From assembly GCA_951406725.2 (NCBI GenBank), contig OX597825.1, positions 68,510,001 through 68,574,000 of the forward strand: 64,000 bases of DNA, read 5' to 3'. Under the pieces are notes generated by a model. The model was given only the letters and a program-made list of their open reading frames with translations, made no database searches and was not told the origin of the DNA. The DNA is from Octopus vulgaris (taxonomy: Eukaryota). Of the stretch, positions 27,051-39,699 are shown piece after piece. How positions within the stretch are numbered: the first letter of the stretch is position 1; each line of letters opens with the position of its first letter. The position numbers and the translations under genes were made by a program.

Positions 27051-27164
27051 TTGTACATACATTCAGTTTCATATGCTCACTTCATATGCATTGAAAATGA
27101 GTGTATATTCAGTGTGATTATTATGCCAATGTCTGTCATGTTTACATTACTTTCAGCCATCAAC

Positions 27165-27625
27165 TTGATGCTGTGGCCCTCATCAGTACAAGAGTACCCA
27201 ATATGAACAATCAGAATGCAAGCGACACTCCTTCACATCAAGCTTTGTTGAAGGTCTTCAAAGAAGTAATTTAAACCTTATGAAATACACCCTGGAAAGA
27301 GCATTTTACAGGGTTGGCACTAGTCAATGGACCAATATCACACATAATTCAAGAAATGAAGTAGTGGCCTTCTGCTTAACATAACAAAAGCTTTATATCC
27401 AACACAGATCCTCAAAGCACTTTATTTCTGAAAAACTAAAACTAGTGCTTGAGAAACAAAATCTAAGAACGAAGTTGTAAATACTATTCAGCAATCCAAA
27501 ACTATCTCTGAAGAATTGGTAGAGATCACCAAATAATATACAAGTCTCTTGGTTCTGGATTTGATTCGTAATTTCATTTTGCTCAAGATTTCCATTACTG
27601 TTGACCATGTATGACTTCTTGACCA
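27165..27625 (+). pseudogene. Ankyrin-repeat gene fragment, copy 2
   Basis: VPNMNNQNASDTPSHQALLK; clearly similar to 25617-26075 at DNA level. Confidence 0.5.
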
Positions 27626-27639
27626 GCTGCTGGGGGTCA

Positions 27640-28130
27640 AGACTACCATAAAAAACATGAACAGTAGTAAAGCTCCAGGAGCAGATGGACTCCTTGCAAA
27701 ATTGTACAGAACACTTGGTACCGCAGCTTACAAAGCATTCCACAACATCCTTGTGTCCATTTGGGAGGAAGAGCGTTTGGCAGCAGACTTCCGAGATACC
27801 ACCATAGTTATGCTCTACAAGAACAATGGAACCAAACCAGACTGCAGAAATTACAGGGACATTTCCCTGCTTTCCATTGCTTGAAAAATCCTGGGTCACA
27901 TCCTCTTGAGCGGGATCATAACTGGCATCTCTGAGAACAACTCACCTAAAGACCAGTGTGGCTTCTGCCCTGGCCACAGCACCATAGATATAGTGTTTGC
28001 TGTGTGTCAAAGTCAAGGAGAAGTGCTTTGAACAATGAATGGATTTGTACTCCATGTTCACAGACCCGACCTATGTTTTCAACACGGTCCACAAAGCTTC
28101 TCTGTTGACTATCCTAATTAAGCTGGGTGT
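27640..28130 (+). mobile_element. RTE-clade LINE RT N-terminal fragment
   Basis: KAPGADG, DCRNYRDISLLSIA, QCGFCPGHSTIDIVF. Confidence 0.8.
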
Positions 28131-28199
28131 GTTTTTTACCTAGGGGATTTCGCCCCTAGGGGCATTTTCAGCCCTGTTTTAATATCAAATATTTTGTTT

Positions 28200-31074
28200 T
28201 CTCCAAATATTTGCATATGTCGGCATAGCAGATAAAAGATACCAAAGCTTTAATCACAAAAGAAAATGGCAAAGTGCAACTAAACATACTGCAACAAATA
28301 CTGGAAAACGAAAAAAAGAAAACAATTATATATAAAATAACAAACAAGACAAAAAGTCCAGAGAAGGCGAACACAAACAAAATTGAAAAATGCTTGCAAC
28401 CTATCTGGAATTTTAAAGAATATGTTACCTGGTGCAACAAGTTTGCTCATGTGCAAGTAGTGTTCCACACTGAAGAGTTAGCAAAACGATTCTAAACGCT
28501 AACTCTTCATTCAGATGAACTCACTATGAAACCTAGCCACCTTGGACAGAGAGTAACCAAGGTCATAATAAACAATGTTCCTCAAATAGCGGACATTCTA
28601 TGGCTAACATTGGCCATATGTGTGGAAATGGACGAATTTAATATATTACAAATCACGATCACTGAACACAAAAACTGGGTGGGAAAAAAAGTAGAATTTC
28701 TACTACATATAAACCAAGAGGACATAAAGAAAATACCCACCCAGATATGTGTATCAGAAGACCACAAGTTGTATGTGGTTGTCGATGGCAGAAGACCACG
28801 TTGCTACATATGCAGCAGTGAGCAACACCTAAAAAAAGATTGCAAATCTGCCGCAAGAAAACAACAGCAACAACAACAGCAGCCGGAAAAAACAAATAAA
28901 CCAGCTTTACTACCCGCACCACGTTTTGCACGAACAGGACTAATCACAGAAAATCAACAAAAAACAAACCTCACCAACCAAACAACCACACCAACTGCAC
29001 CAAGAACAGAAGCAACACCACCAACAACAACAACCAAGAATAAACCAACTCCCAAACCAAGGACATCTGCCAAAAAGACACTCATCGAAAATGAAGAAAC
29101 AATTACTACTCCAAATCCCCACAAAATTGACACCCCAAACAACACCTACAATCACTCAAACACAAAATACCCACACACCACCTCCAAAACCGCATACACC
29201 ACAACCTAACGCTCACCAACCAACACCAACAACAAAATCAACACAGTCTACAATAGACCCCAATATTTTCCCTCTTCCAAGCTCTGATTCTTCTGATTTG
29301 TCATTAGACGAAGAAGACACAGAAGATTGGCAAATAGCCACAGGGGGAGAAGAAAAAGGGAAAAGAAAAGAAAAGATAACAAACAAAGCAGGAAGATTCA
29401 CCACTCCCGAAACAAAAACATCCACAGAAAACACACACATCAACACAAACACACCATCATCAAACCCCCCAACAATGTTGACAGCCATAAACACAAACAA
29501 CCACCACCTAAAGGAACACATTAGGTCAAACACCAACATAACTGAAAACGACATAAAAACAAATAACCACCCATGCACAACACCACCACAACACGTTAAA
29601 ATAATACATGTAACATAGAACACACACAGCACCCTGAAATCTCTCTACCCTGATGCAGTTGGGAGATTTCAAAAATATTTATCGAAGAAACTTTACAAAA
29701 ACCTCATGGAAGAAGACTGTGAGGTGGGAAACAAAGGACTTTCGGACAATAAGTAACCTTTTCTCTTTTTTTTTTCATCTTTTCGTGTGTAAAACAATTT
29801 TTGATAGGAACATGTTCAAAATAGGCAATATAAATGTACGTGGCTTGGGGTCAAGTCACTAAATCTGCATATCATAGCCATCAGTGAGACCAGACACCAC
29901 AGCTCGCGGGCACTCCAGCACATGTTCGGCACACATTTCAACATTTATTTTTCTCTGTCTACCGAGAATGGGCGGAGGTGGCACCGCGGTGCTACTCCGG
30001 AAGAGTCTGGACCTCAAAGTAAGAGCAATTTTCCTAGACCCGGAGAGTGTAGGTTGTCCACAATTTTGTGACTTGTATACTTGACTTAGATAAAACACAT
30101 AGGCAGGGTCCTGGTTACTGGAAGCTGAACGCGTCTTTTACAGCACGACAGGCTTACAAGGATCAGATCAGCACATTAGTTAAGAGAGCTTGGACGGGTA
30201 CCATCATCAACAACAGATGGTGGTATGCTCTAAAAAAAGCAATTAAAGTAGAATCAGTCAGGTACAGTAAGGCCCTAACATTAGACCGAAATAGAATAGA
30301 GGGAGACTTAGTTAAGAATTTAGAAGAGGCACTTCGAACTGGCATCGTGTCCAACGTACTGGCAGCGAGGTTGGCCCTCGACCAACACCTCAACACCAAA
30401 CACGAAGGATGCGTTGTCAGAGCTAGGATGCGTGCTCTGAGGAACGAAGGAATTGGAGCCGCCTGAGAAGCCCGAGTGGTGGAGACGCAATGAGGCAACA
30501 GAGCCACCATCAAGTCTCTTACAGATGAACAGGGGCGCGAATTGTCGAGCCTAAAAGGATGTGTGAGGCTTTTCAACAACACTTCACCCAACTGTTTGGG
30601 ACAAGTGGTGGGTCGGAACGCAGAGTGGACTTTAGTGCCTACCTGCATGCCTTGCCACGACTCTCAGCAAGAGAGGCGGAGTCTTGTGAAAGGCCTATCA
30701 CAGCTGCAGACGTACAGGATGCGATGGCAGGCTGCGCGACAGACAAGTCACCAGGCTTGGATGGTCTGCCCTACGAACTTTATTGTCATATGCCAGACTT
30801 GTTTGGAGGCATCTTGGCAGCTGTCTACTGTAACTGGCAGCAAAACGGGAGTATCCCTGCTTTTGTAAAGCGAGGAGTAGTGGCACTGATTAAGAAAGAC
30901 CCAAACAAGGGGGATGTCATAGATAATTTCAGGCCCATCACTCTGCTCAACGCAGATTTGAAAACTTTGGCCAAGGTGTTAGCCGAGAGGTTGGCGCTTG
31001 TCATCGAGAAACTAGTCGACAAGGCACAAACATGTGCCATGCCGGGTAGAAGTATTGATAACAACCTCCATCTG
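28200..31074 (+). mobile_element. Tx1/L1-clade LINE, copy 1 (ORF1 zinc knuckle, APE, start of RT), degraded
   Basis: RPRCYICSSEQHLKKDC, KIGNINVRGL, GPGYWKLNAS, KSPGLDGLPYELY, NFRPITLLNADLK. The RT breaks off at SIDNNLHL. Confidence 0.9.
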
Positions 31075-31515
31075 CGAAATAAACACTTATTCCGGTGCTA
31101 AAAAAAGTCAGTGGGCACCTACTAAAGACGGTTCATGGAGTAAAGATCTAGCAGTAGATAAAACAGACGAAGAAGAAAATACTGGAAGATCACATTTAAC
31201 ACAATTTCCTATAAATCCTTCAAATCCTCCACCAATAGCTACTTTAGATGACATACCAATTTTAGATTCACAAAATCAACCTGCAAAAATTTCGTTTATG
31301 GTAACAATAACATATCACTCAGAAATAGATTGAATATGTATATAGAATAGATAGAATATATATCTGGTAGTCCACAAACAATGGGATGGATGGCCTGGGG
31401 TACAGATAACGCTACTATAAGTAATTCTGCCAAAACAAACTTATGCAAATGGCCACAGGGTTTATGTAATTATGAAATAACGAGAGTCGGTAGAACCAGA
31501 CAAGCACATCGTTAA
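31075..31515 (+). pseudogene. Putative viral capsid C-terminal fragment (part of the endogenous viral element)
   Basis: Non-LINE reading frame ..QFPINPSNPPPIATLDDIPILDSQNQPAKISFMVTITYHSEI..RVGRTRQAHR*, reminiscent of the last jelly-roll strands of ssDNA-virus capsids. Adjacent to NS1; family assignment is tentative. Confidence 0.4.
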
Positions 31516-31520
31516 AGTAA

Positions 31521-32320
31521 TATTACAAATTCAAATCAATTTTAACGACACAAGATATCTCAGAACCTTTATTCGTTGAAAATGTTTGGGAACTTTTAAA
31601 CAAGAAAAAACCTAAAAGAAACCTCCTAGTTCTAAGAGGCTTACCTAATACAGGTAAGTCTATGATTGCAAGAAGCATAGCCGACATGTTCACACATGTC
31701 AGCACCATAAAAGGCACCAGTAGTTTTCCATTCCAAAATCTCAAACATCGAAATCAGACTCATTGAAGAACCCAACTTCACTCTTGAAACGTTGCAAACA
31801 TTCAAAAAATTAGCAGAGGGAACTGACATAGAGGTATCAGTAAAATTCAAACAAGACCAAGTTGTACATAGAACTCCGTTAATTATAACCTCTAATAACA
31901 AATTTGACCAAAATGCACCATTAGCAGAAAAAATTGCATTTATAACAAGATATACTGAATATACATTCAACTGCACATCTCCATTCCTAAGATACGTTAA
32001 AAAAATAAATCCTTTTATTTGGAATATCCTATTTTATGAACATTTGTTTTCGTGAACTCATCAATGACGATGAATCGTCAAGCGATGATAATCTTGTTAA
32101 TATTGTAGAAGAGTATGAAAGACTGCGAGAACAAAGTAGACAAAGACGAGACAGACTTCGGACTCCGTCTCCTGATCGAAGTGGGGACACTATCAAGCTC
32201 GACAACTCCTCAGATTCCGGCAACGAACAAGGATGAGGAGAAACACCAAAATGGCACAAAAACCGCAAAATGATGAATTCAAATAGAGCAGCCCCATCAC
32301 CAGAACCATTGAATGAATAA
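31521..32320 (+). pseudogene. Endogenous parvovirus/densovirus-like NS1 SF3 helicase fragment
   Basis: LLNKKKPKRNLLVLR, Walker A GLPNTGKS (31638-31661), FPFQ, Walker B IEEP, B' KKLAEG..VSVKFK, motif C TPLIITSN. Frameshift near 31750; acidic/basic tail follows. Confidence 0.88.
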
Positions 32321-32884
32321 TTTTCATATTACTTTTTCATTTTATCTTTCATTATATACTTTGTAATATCCTCGAGATAATATAAAAATTGATATTTCTA
32401 TTCTTTATTGCATAATTTGTAATATCTTAAAGATGCTTTTAACATTTATGTCAAATCTTTATTAATAAATATTAAAAAAAAAAGAAGAGCAATGCAAAAA
32501 AAAGGAAGTGATCGATCGGCCTAATAAGTCAGTCGGTCACTTCTTCTAAAGTTCATGACTTTATGTGGAACATACCAAACGTAAATGTTTGAAATGTTTG
32601 ACATATTGGACTGTCAGGCATTTCTCTCCCTAAGTTGTTACGAAATGTCAACTGGAAATATACAATACATGCAAAATTATTTCTATTTAGTGCATCCTTT
32701 CCACATAATAATCTGTCTGAATCTGCCCTGCCTCATAAAAGCACCTCCCAATATGCCTCAAAGATAGAAGATATCAAGTAGAGTAAAAAGTAAGCAACAC
32801 TTTGAACCATGAAAAAATTTGTACCAGATTTTTGCAGTTTTGAATTTTTTAAACTTTTTTTTTTTTGGCAATTGTCTGATAATA

Positions 32885-34282
32885 CAGGATGTTCCAAAAG
32901 AAACAGTGCACTGAACATTTTCATAGGTATACATAAAGAAACAGTGCACTGAACACAAGAAAGGATATTTATAGTTGAAAATGTTTTCCCAAAAGATTTT
33001 AAATATTATATTTAGATAATTTAGATATCTAAATTATAGATATTTATATTAAATATTCTTTTGTTTCAGGGACCCTTTGAAAATGGTGCTTACCTTACAA
33101 GAAAGGATATTTATTGTTGAAAATGTTTTCCGAGATGGTGGCAAATACACAAAAGAAGTGCAAGAGTCATTTCAAGAAAAATTTGGTGCAGAACGTTTGC
33201 CGCATCGAAATTGTGTTTCCGCTTTGTTGCATAAGTTCAAAAAAACTGGAAGTGTTCAAGACAAACCCAAAAGTGGCCGCCCAAAAGTCGTTACAGATAC
33301 AGTCTTACAGAATGTTACCAACAAACTGCAGAGGAGCCCACGAAAGTCTTTGAGGCGTTTGTCTCAAGAAACTAGGATATCTCTAACATCAACTCACCGA
33401 GCAGTGCATCAACTTAAATTCTTTCCATATAAAGTGCATGTTGTTCATGAACTGAAGCCTCAGGATTCAGAAAAACGCGTACTCTTCTGTCGGTGGTTTG
33501 AAAATTTTATTCTAGAGAAAGGTGAAAACATTTTAAACCATACATTCTTCAGTGATGAAGCATGGTTCCATTTGTCCGGGTACATGAACAGTCAGAACTC
33601 TAGAGTGTGGTCTACAATAAATCCTCATGCTCTGTTTCAGAAACCACTCCACGATCAAAAAGTTGGTGTTTGGTGTGCTTTGTCAAGGCGGCGTATAATT
33701 GGACCTATATTTTTGAAAACACCATCACATCTGAGTGTTACATTCATAACATCCTGGAGCCATTTTTTGATCAACTGACGGAGCAAGAAAAGCAACAAGG
33801 CTGGTTCCAGCAAGATGGTGCAACTGCACATACGGCTTTGTCAGTATGGCTGCAGTTGGTGATGTCTTTGGGGATCGTGTGATCTCCCGTGGTTTGTGGC
33901 CACCTCGATCACCGGATTTAACACCTCCTGACTTTTATTTGTGGGGCAAATTGAAAGACTCAGTGTATGCAGACAATCCTCGAACTACGGATGAACTGAA
34001 GCAGAAAATAACAAGTGTTATTCAAAACATCAAACCTGATGAACTTGAGTGTGTTTTTCAAAACACGCAGCGTCGCGCTCGTTTATGTCTGCAGGTGAAT
34101 GGCGCACACTTTCAACAGTTATTGTAGATCATATCTTACTGCACGAGTCAATCCTCAATCGTACTTTAGTTGATAAGGTATTGAATTTGTGAATATTTGC
34201 AATAAATAGTATTTTTCTGTGAGTTTTGTTTCTTTGGGTTATTAGCATATTCCTACTGCACTGTTTCTTTTGGAACACCCTG
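32885..34282 (+). mobile_element. Full-length Tc1/mariner element (rosa/DD41D-like), copy 1, two frameshifts
   Basis: TA-flanked TIRs cagg(a/g)tgttccaaaagaaacagtgca; FSDEAWF, QQDGATAH, WPPRSPDLTPPDFYLWG; nearly identical to 55083-56482. Confidence 0.96.
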
Positions 34283-34359
34283 TACAAACATAGACTTGCC
34301 CAAATGCATTAATAAATAAATAAATTCACATTGCTGCAGGTTACAATCATCTGAAATGG

Positions 34360-34770
34360 AACTGTCAATGTGCGATATTCAATCAATTTTGCTATTCAAC
34401 TTCAAAAAAGGATGTAAAGCAACTGAAACTGCTCTCAGTATCAATGAAGAAACGTTTGGTAAGGAAATGATCAGTGAGTGGTCAGCTTGAAAATGGTTTA
34501 AACAATTTTGCAGTGGAGACCTGAGCCTTGAAGGTCATAATGGACACCCATCTGTCATTGATGATGGTCAATTAAAGACTGTCGTCGAGAAAGATCCACA
34601 TAAAGCCATTCGAGACACTGTCAAAAGAACTTCAAGTTAGTCAGAAAACTCCCTGCAACCATTTGCATGCAATTGGAAAATCGAAAAAGCTCAACAAAGG
34701 GTACCACACGATTTGAATGAAAATCAGAAAATGTGAAGATATGAAATTTGCTTGTTGCTTTTTCTCTGTA
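34360..34770 (+). mobile_element. mariner transposase N-terminal fragment
   Basis: LLFNFKKGCKATET..KWFKQFCSGDLSLE..GHPSVIDDGQLKTVVEKDP. Confidence 0.75.
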
Positions 34771-34994
34771 ACCCGGTATCTGCAAACTGTGTGCCACGGA
34801 AAATATTTTTGGTATTTTCAGGAAACAACTTTGCTCGATACAAAGTTTGAGCGTAAATATAAATTAATTATATAATTCATAAAATATGATAAATATAAAT
34901 TAATTTCCACGACGAACAGCAGTTTTGCTATAATATATTACTTTTCTGCATTTGAACTTGGATTGTCTGTAAGTACATGACTTCATACATGTAA

Positions 34995-35178
34995 TATATT
35001 CTTGGAGTAATAACTTACCAATATCATCAACAATAGAATTGACTGGATTGGCCAAATCTACTGTTATTCAGTGGTTTCAATACATGCGAGATATCTGTAG
35101 TCACAATCTTGTCAATAACCCGTACCAAATTGGTGGGGTTGGGCACATCATGGAAATTGATGAATCCATGATGTGTAG
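34995..35178 (+). mobile_element. Merlin/ISXO2-like transposase fragment
   Basis: STVIQWFQYMRDICS..QIGGVGHIMEIDES matches the IGGxGxxVEIDES first-catalytic-D motif. Confidence 0.65.
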
Positions 35179-35389
35179 TAGTCCTAGAAGTTTTTAATTT
35201 TTGATTTATTTATAATTAACAAATTATTTTATGTTAATTTTAATCGATTTTTAGTTTTAGATCTAAACATGGACAGATTTTTATTGTGACCTCAGAAAAC
35301 CGAGGGAGAGAGTCATAGCAAACAAGATGGACACCAGAATAAAAAGTCCACCTCATCAAAATGAAAATATAAAAATTAAATCCAATAGG

Positions 35390-35950
35390 TCACCAACAAC
35401 AAAGGGCCAACTATCTAAGATGGAATCACTCCAAAGAAATTTTACCTCATACTTCTCAGAAACGAGGGACCTGGACTATTGGCAAAGACTCAAAACCTTG
35501 AAGATGTACTCAAATAGAAAGAAGATTTGAGCGATACCGAATTATATACATTTGGAAAATGATAGAGCAAAAGGTGCCAAACTTTGTTATCAAAACCTAC
35601 CACTCACTGCGCCACGGACGACGCTGCCAGCTACCACCAATCAACAAAAAGGCTGGCCAGGCAGCAAAAACCCTGCGAGAGTCAAGTCTGTTGGTTCAAG
35701 GAGCACAACTATTCAACTCCATTCTGGTACATGTCAGAAATCTATCAGAATGCAGTGTGGAATCATTCGAATCATTCAAATTGCAGCTGGATAGATACTT
35801 AAGCACCATTAGAGATGAACCCCATCTCCCAGGATATACACAACGAGCACAAACTGACTCAAACTCGCTCCTACACATGTCAAAATTAAACAGAGAATAC
35901 AACCTGGCAACCACACCAGACTGAGGGTGGAGTTTTCGACTTGGCCTGAG
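35390..35950 (+). mobile_element. CR1/L2-group LINE 3' fragment
   Basis: MESLQRNFT..LDYWQRLKTLKMYS..ERYRIIYIWKMIE.KVPN..FKLQLDRYLSTIRDEP. Confidence 0.8.
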
Positions 35951-35959
35951 CATAGACTC

Positions 35960-36555
35960 AAACTCAAATGAAATGAAATATCATCAGGAAAAAGACAACC
36001 CATTTCCTTTTTGTATGATTTGTTTAACAGAAGCAATGATTCCCAGGAAACTTCAGCGTCATTTAGTAACAAATCATCCACAACATGAAGACAAACCAAA
36101 ATAATACTTTGAGATGGTAAAAAATAATTTTAAAATCCAATCAAAAAAGGCTGAAGAAATTTCACTCAGCTAGTTACAAGATTGACCAGCATTTGGCAAA
36201 AAGAAACAAAAATCATTCTGATGCCGAAAACATTATTTACCAGCCTTGGATATCACCGTTGGCACAATGATTAGTCAAACAAATTAAGACCATTCCTTTA
36301 TCTGCCGAGACGATTTCTTGTAAAATTTAAGACATTTTGCAAGATATTGATGATCAACTCTGCAAACATTTCACTGAAGCAAAAAAAATGAACTCAAAAA
36401 CTTGTGGGCTTACATATCAATGAAAGTACAGACATCAGAAACAAAGCAACTAATTTCCTTTTTGCGAATCATTAGAAGTGGTAAAATCATAAGTCAGTTT
36501 CTCTTTTGTTGTGAATTAAAGGAAAGAGCAACAGGAGATGATGTCTTTAACCTGG
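35960..36555 (+). mobile_element. hAT (Buster/ZBED5-like) transposase fragment
   Basis: KQNHSDAENIIY..DIDDQL..NESTDI..QFLFCCELKERATGDDVF, heavily degraded. Confidence 0.6.
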
Positions 36556-37220
36556 TAGGGCAGTAGCCAGGCTGAGGCAGAGGAAGCAGTCGCCTCCTTT
36601 GATTTTCCTTAACTGGTGATAAAAGTGAACCTAGTATTCAAAATCACAGGATGTTAAAATATTTGTTTTTGTGTTATTTTGATTAAGCCACCAAGGAGGA
36701 CATCATCTTGATGATGAGGACTTTGTACACATGGTGCACTTAATTTTTAACCCTAACTGGTAATGTACCTCTGAAACAGCCATACATGGAACACCCTCCT
36801 ATTTTATTTATTTTTTAACCTTGATATCTTGCGTCATTTCTACCTTATACCCTAGATATATAAGGAATTTTTAGATGATTTAGGCAGTTTGCCATTTTGA
36901 AGGTTGGCGTTTTTATTCCTATATTTATCGCGCATAACACTATACATGTAACCTTTATTTATATTCAATTTTATATGTATTTTTATATGGTTTTATATTT
37001 CTTCTAAATTTTTATGTATGATTGGTTTTACTCTCTATACCCTCGGAGAATCTTTACGCCTGTACATGCACGATTTATGTTGGTGTGTATAAATATATAC
37101 GATTCAATTACAATGATTAAATATCTTCATTTACGCGTTTGGGATTCTGCTTGACTGCCTATGACTTGCATTTTCAATCTCCTCTATATTTTATATCTAT
37201 ATATGTGCGTATATCTAATT

Positions 37221-37224
<4 letters not shown>

Positions 37225-37265
<41 letters not shown>
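37225..37265. repeat. (TA)n microsatellite
   Basis: Directly visible. Confidence 0.95.
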
Positions 37266-37268
<3 letters not shown>

Positions 37269-37333
37269 TTGTACGTGTATTTATTTATTTATCTATTTGC
37301 TTTTTTTTAGATGTATGTGTATTCTTATCTAAC

Positions 37334-37785
37334 TACAGGGTGCTTAAGTTATTTGAGGGCATAACTTTGGGGGGGGGGGGTCATTGCTGCATTTTTTGCT
37401 AACTGTATAATCTTTGTTCCAGAAAATAATAATGAAAGACCATCAGCTTACTCAAAAAATAAAGAGGCGTGTTGTTATTGTGGGTTACAAAGGCTGAGCA
37501 TAGCAATTTAGAAATACCTCGATTTTTAAAAGGTGTCAGATCTTTCGTCTACAAAGTTTGAAAAGTGCTAGAGACTGATGATGGAAACCTATCACCAGTA
37601 TCAAAGCATAAAAAGCATTCTAAACACTGAAATCATCAGAACACATGAATTTATCCAGTAAGTCAACAGACCCAGAAAGTCCATGAGGTCAATTGCAAAA
37701 GATCTCCATGTGTTAGAAGGAAAAGTCAGAAATGTTGTCCACAAAGACATCAGATATAATTCTTATATGATAAGGATAGGTCAAT
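37334..37785 (+). mobile_element. Tc1/mariner 5' fragment
   Basis: TA-cagggtg start; PRKSMRSIAKDLHV.EG.VRNVVHKDIRY HTH region. Confidence 0.55.
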
Positions 37786-38589
37786 TATGGATGGGTAGAA
37801 GAGGGGTGTATTTTGGAGAGATTAGAGCGAATGGTGGCACGCCTAAGGCGGTAGGATGTAGTACGGAGTATGGGTAGGATGGTTGTAGCAGAGTGGAGTG
37901 AAAATGGAGGTGGAAACCTTTAGGGATGAGGCGGTGATGTAAGCAGTGACTAAGAAATGAAATGTCACTAGAGAAACAAGTTGTTTTGAAAATGCGTAGG
38001 GAATAGAAGACTGAAGCAGGGGGAGGTGTTGTTTTAGGCGCTTGTGGAGATCAAGGAGGAAAGCTTTGTAATCGGGCATGAATGTAAAATGAGAAGAGAA
38101 AGAAGGGGAAAAAAGGAGGGGGGGAGAAGAGGTAAATAAAGACATGGGGAGGAAAAATTTAAAAGTGTGGGGAGAAAAAATCAAAAAGCGCAAAGAGAAA
38201 AGAAAGAGAGGTGAGAGGAGAAGATAAAAACAGGGAAAGAAAGGATGAAGATGGAAGAAATAGAGAAAAGGGGGAGGAAGGGGAGAAGAGAGGACAAAAA
38301 GAGAAAAGAAAGAGAGGGAGAGAGAGGCAAAGTAACAGGTGCGGATTAGAGAAAACAGTGAGAATAACCAAAGTGGGTAGAAATGACAATGGGGAAAAAA
38401 CAGAAAGTATAAAAAAAGTTTAGAATGAAGTTGCAAATACTACTCAGCTATCCAAAACTATCTCTCAAGAATTGGCAGCAATCACTGAGTAATATTTAAG
38501 TCTCTTGGTTGTTGATTCCGTTCGTAATTTCATCTTGCTCATAATTTCCATTATGATGGAATTGAGGGAGGAAAAAAAAAAAAAAAAAA

Positions 38590-39660
38590 AAAATCGAGAT
38601 TTCTGCTCTCCTGCACATGGGCCACAAGTCCAACATTGCCAAACAGCTAAATGTCAGCCAAATGACTGTCCACAGATTCACAGTGAGGCTTCTTAAGAAC
38701 AAGAAAAACCTCTAAGATCAACCTCAATCAAACAGACATGAAATTGTCAACAGTTTGGCGGAGAGAAGGCCTTCGAAAGCGACCAGAAGCTTAAAATGAC
38801 TGCACTCATGAAGGACAACAGCATTTCAGTGGCAACAGTGTCCAGGAATGTCAAGAGCCTGAGGTGCATAGAAAGGTCTCTGCTCACAGACCATATGCAA
38901 GAATATCATTGGGGGCACTGTCATCACTTACTCAACAACTTGAAGTGTCATGGCAAGTGGATTCTCATGTTTTCTGATGAAAACACCTTCATGGTCAATC
39001 CAGTCATCAACAATCAGAACGACCCCTTGATCAGCTTCAGCCAGCAAATCTCTAAGCTCTGCTACATGCCCACAACCTGATGATGCTTTGCGTTGTGACT
39101 TCAGATAGCAAGAAGATGATGACAGTGTGGTTCGCAACCAGTTACAGGCTCATCATAGCCAACAACAGGGACATCATGGCTATGAAAGTCCTGCCCTGGG
39201 TGAAAAATATCATGAAGAAGACCAACTACGTCTTTCAGCAGCACAGTGCCCTGGCCCACATGGCTAGGGTTGTGTGAGAATGGATGGCGTCAAACATGAA
39301 CTTCTGGTCAAAGGATTTTGGCCGTTGCAGTTGCCTGACCCCAATCCAACTGATTTTAGCATATAGGCACATGTCAAGGGCAAGGTCTGCATGGTCCACC
39401 ACAGCAACATTGATGAAATGAAGTACTCCGTCAATTGCATGTGGGCCAGTATGAAGGACTTTGTCCACAATGTGTGCACAGCCTTCAGGTCTTACCTGGA
39501 GAGCATTCTCACTGCTGGAGGCAGTTACATTGATTGTTGTTAATATTTAAACACATATTTATACGTTAAAACAATAAAAACATGTCTGACTGCACAAAAC
39601 TATTGTCGTGTCCTTTGTTGAGAGCATCGTAACAAGTGTAACAGGACTTGTGAAGCCCGG
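38590..39660 (+). mobile_element. Tc1/mariner (maT/DD37D-like) transposase remnant, second copy
   Basis: FSDENTFMVNPVINNQND, YVFQQHSALAH, FWPLQLPDPNPTDFSI. Confidence 0.65.
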
Positions 39661-39699
39661 TATCATCTTCCAAACTACACAAACTATACCTGCCAATGA

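Noticed and set aside
37790-38420. 197-aa hydrophobic minus-strand ORF
   Set aside because: Artefact of a purine-rich low-complexity tract (F/L/S/P-rich); no recognisable domain.
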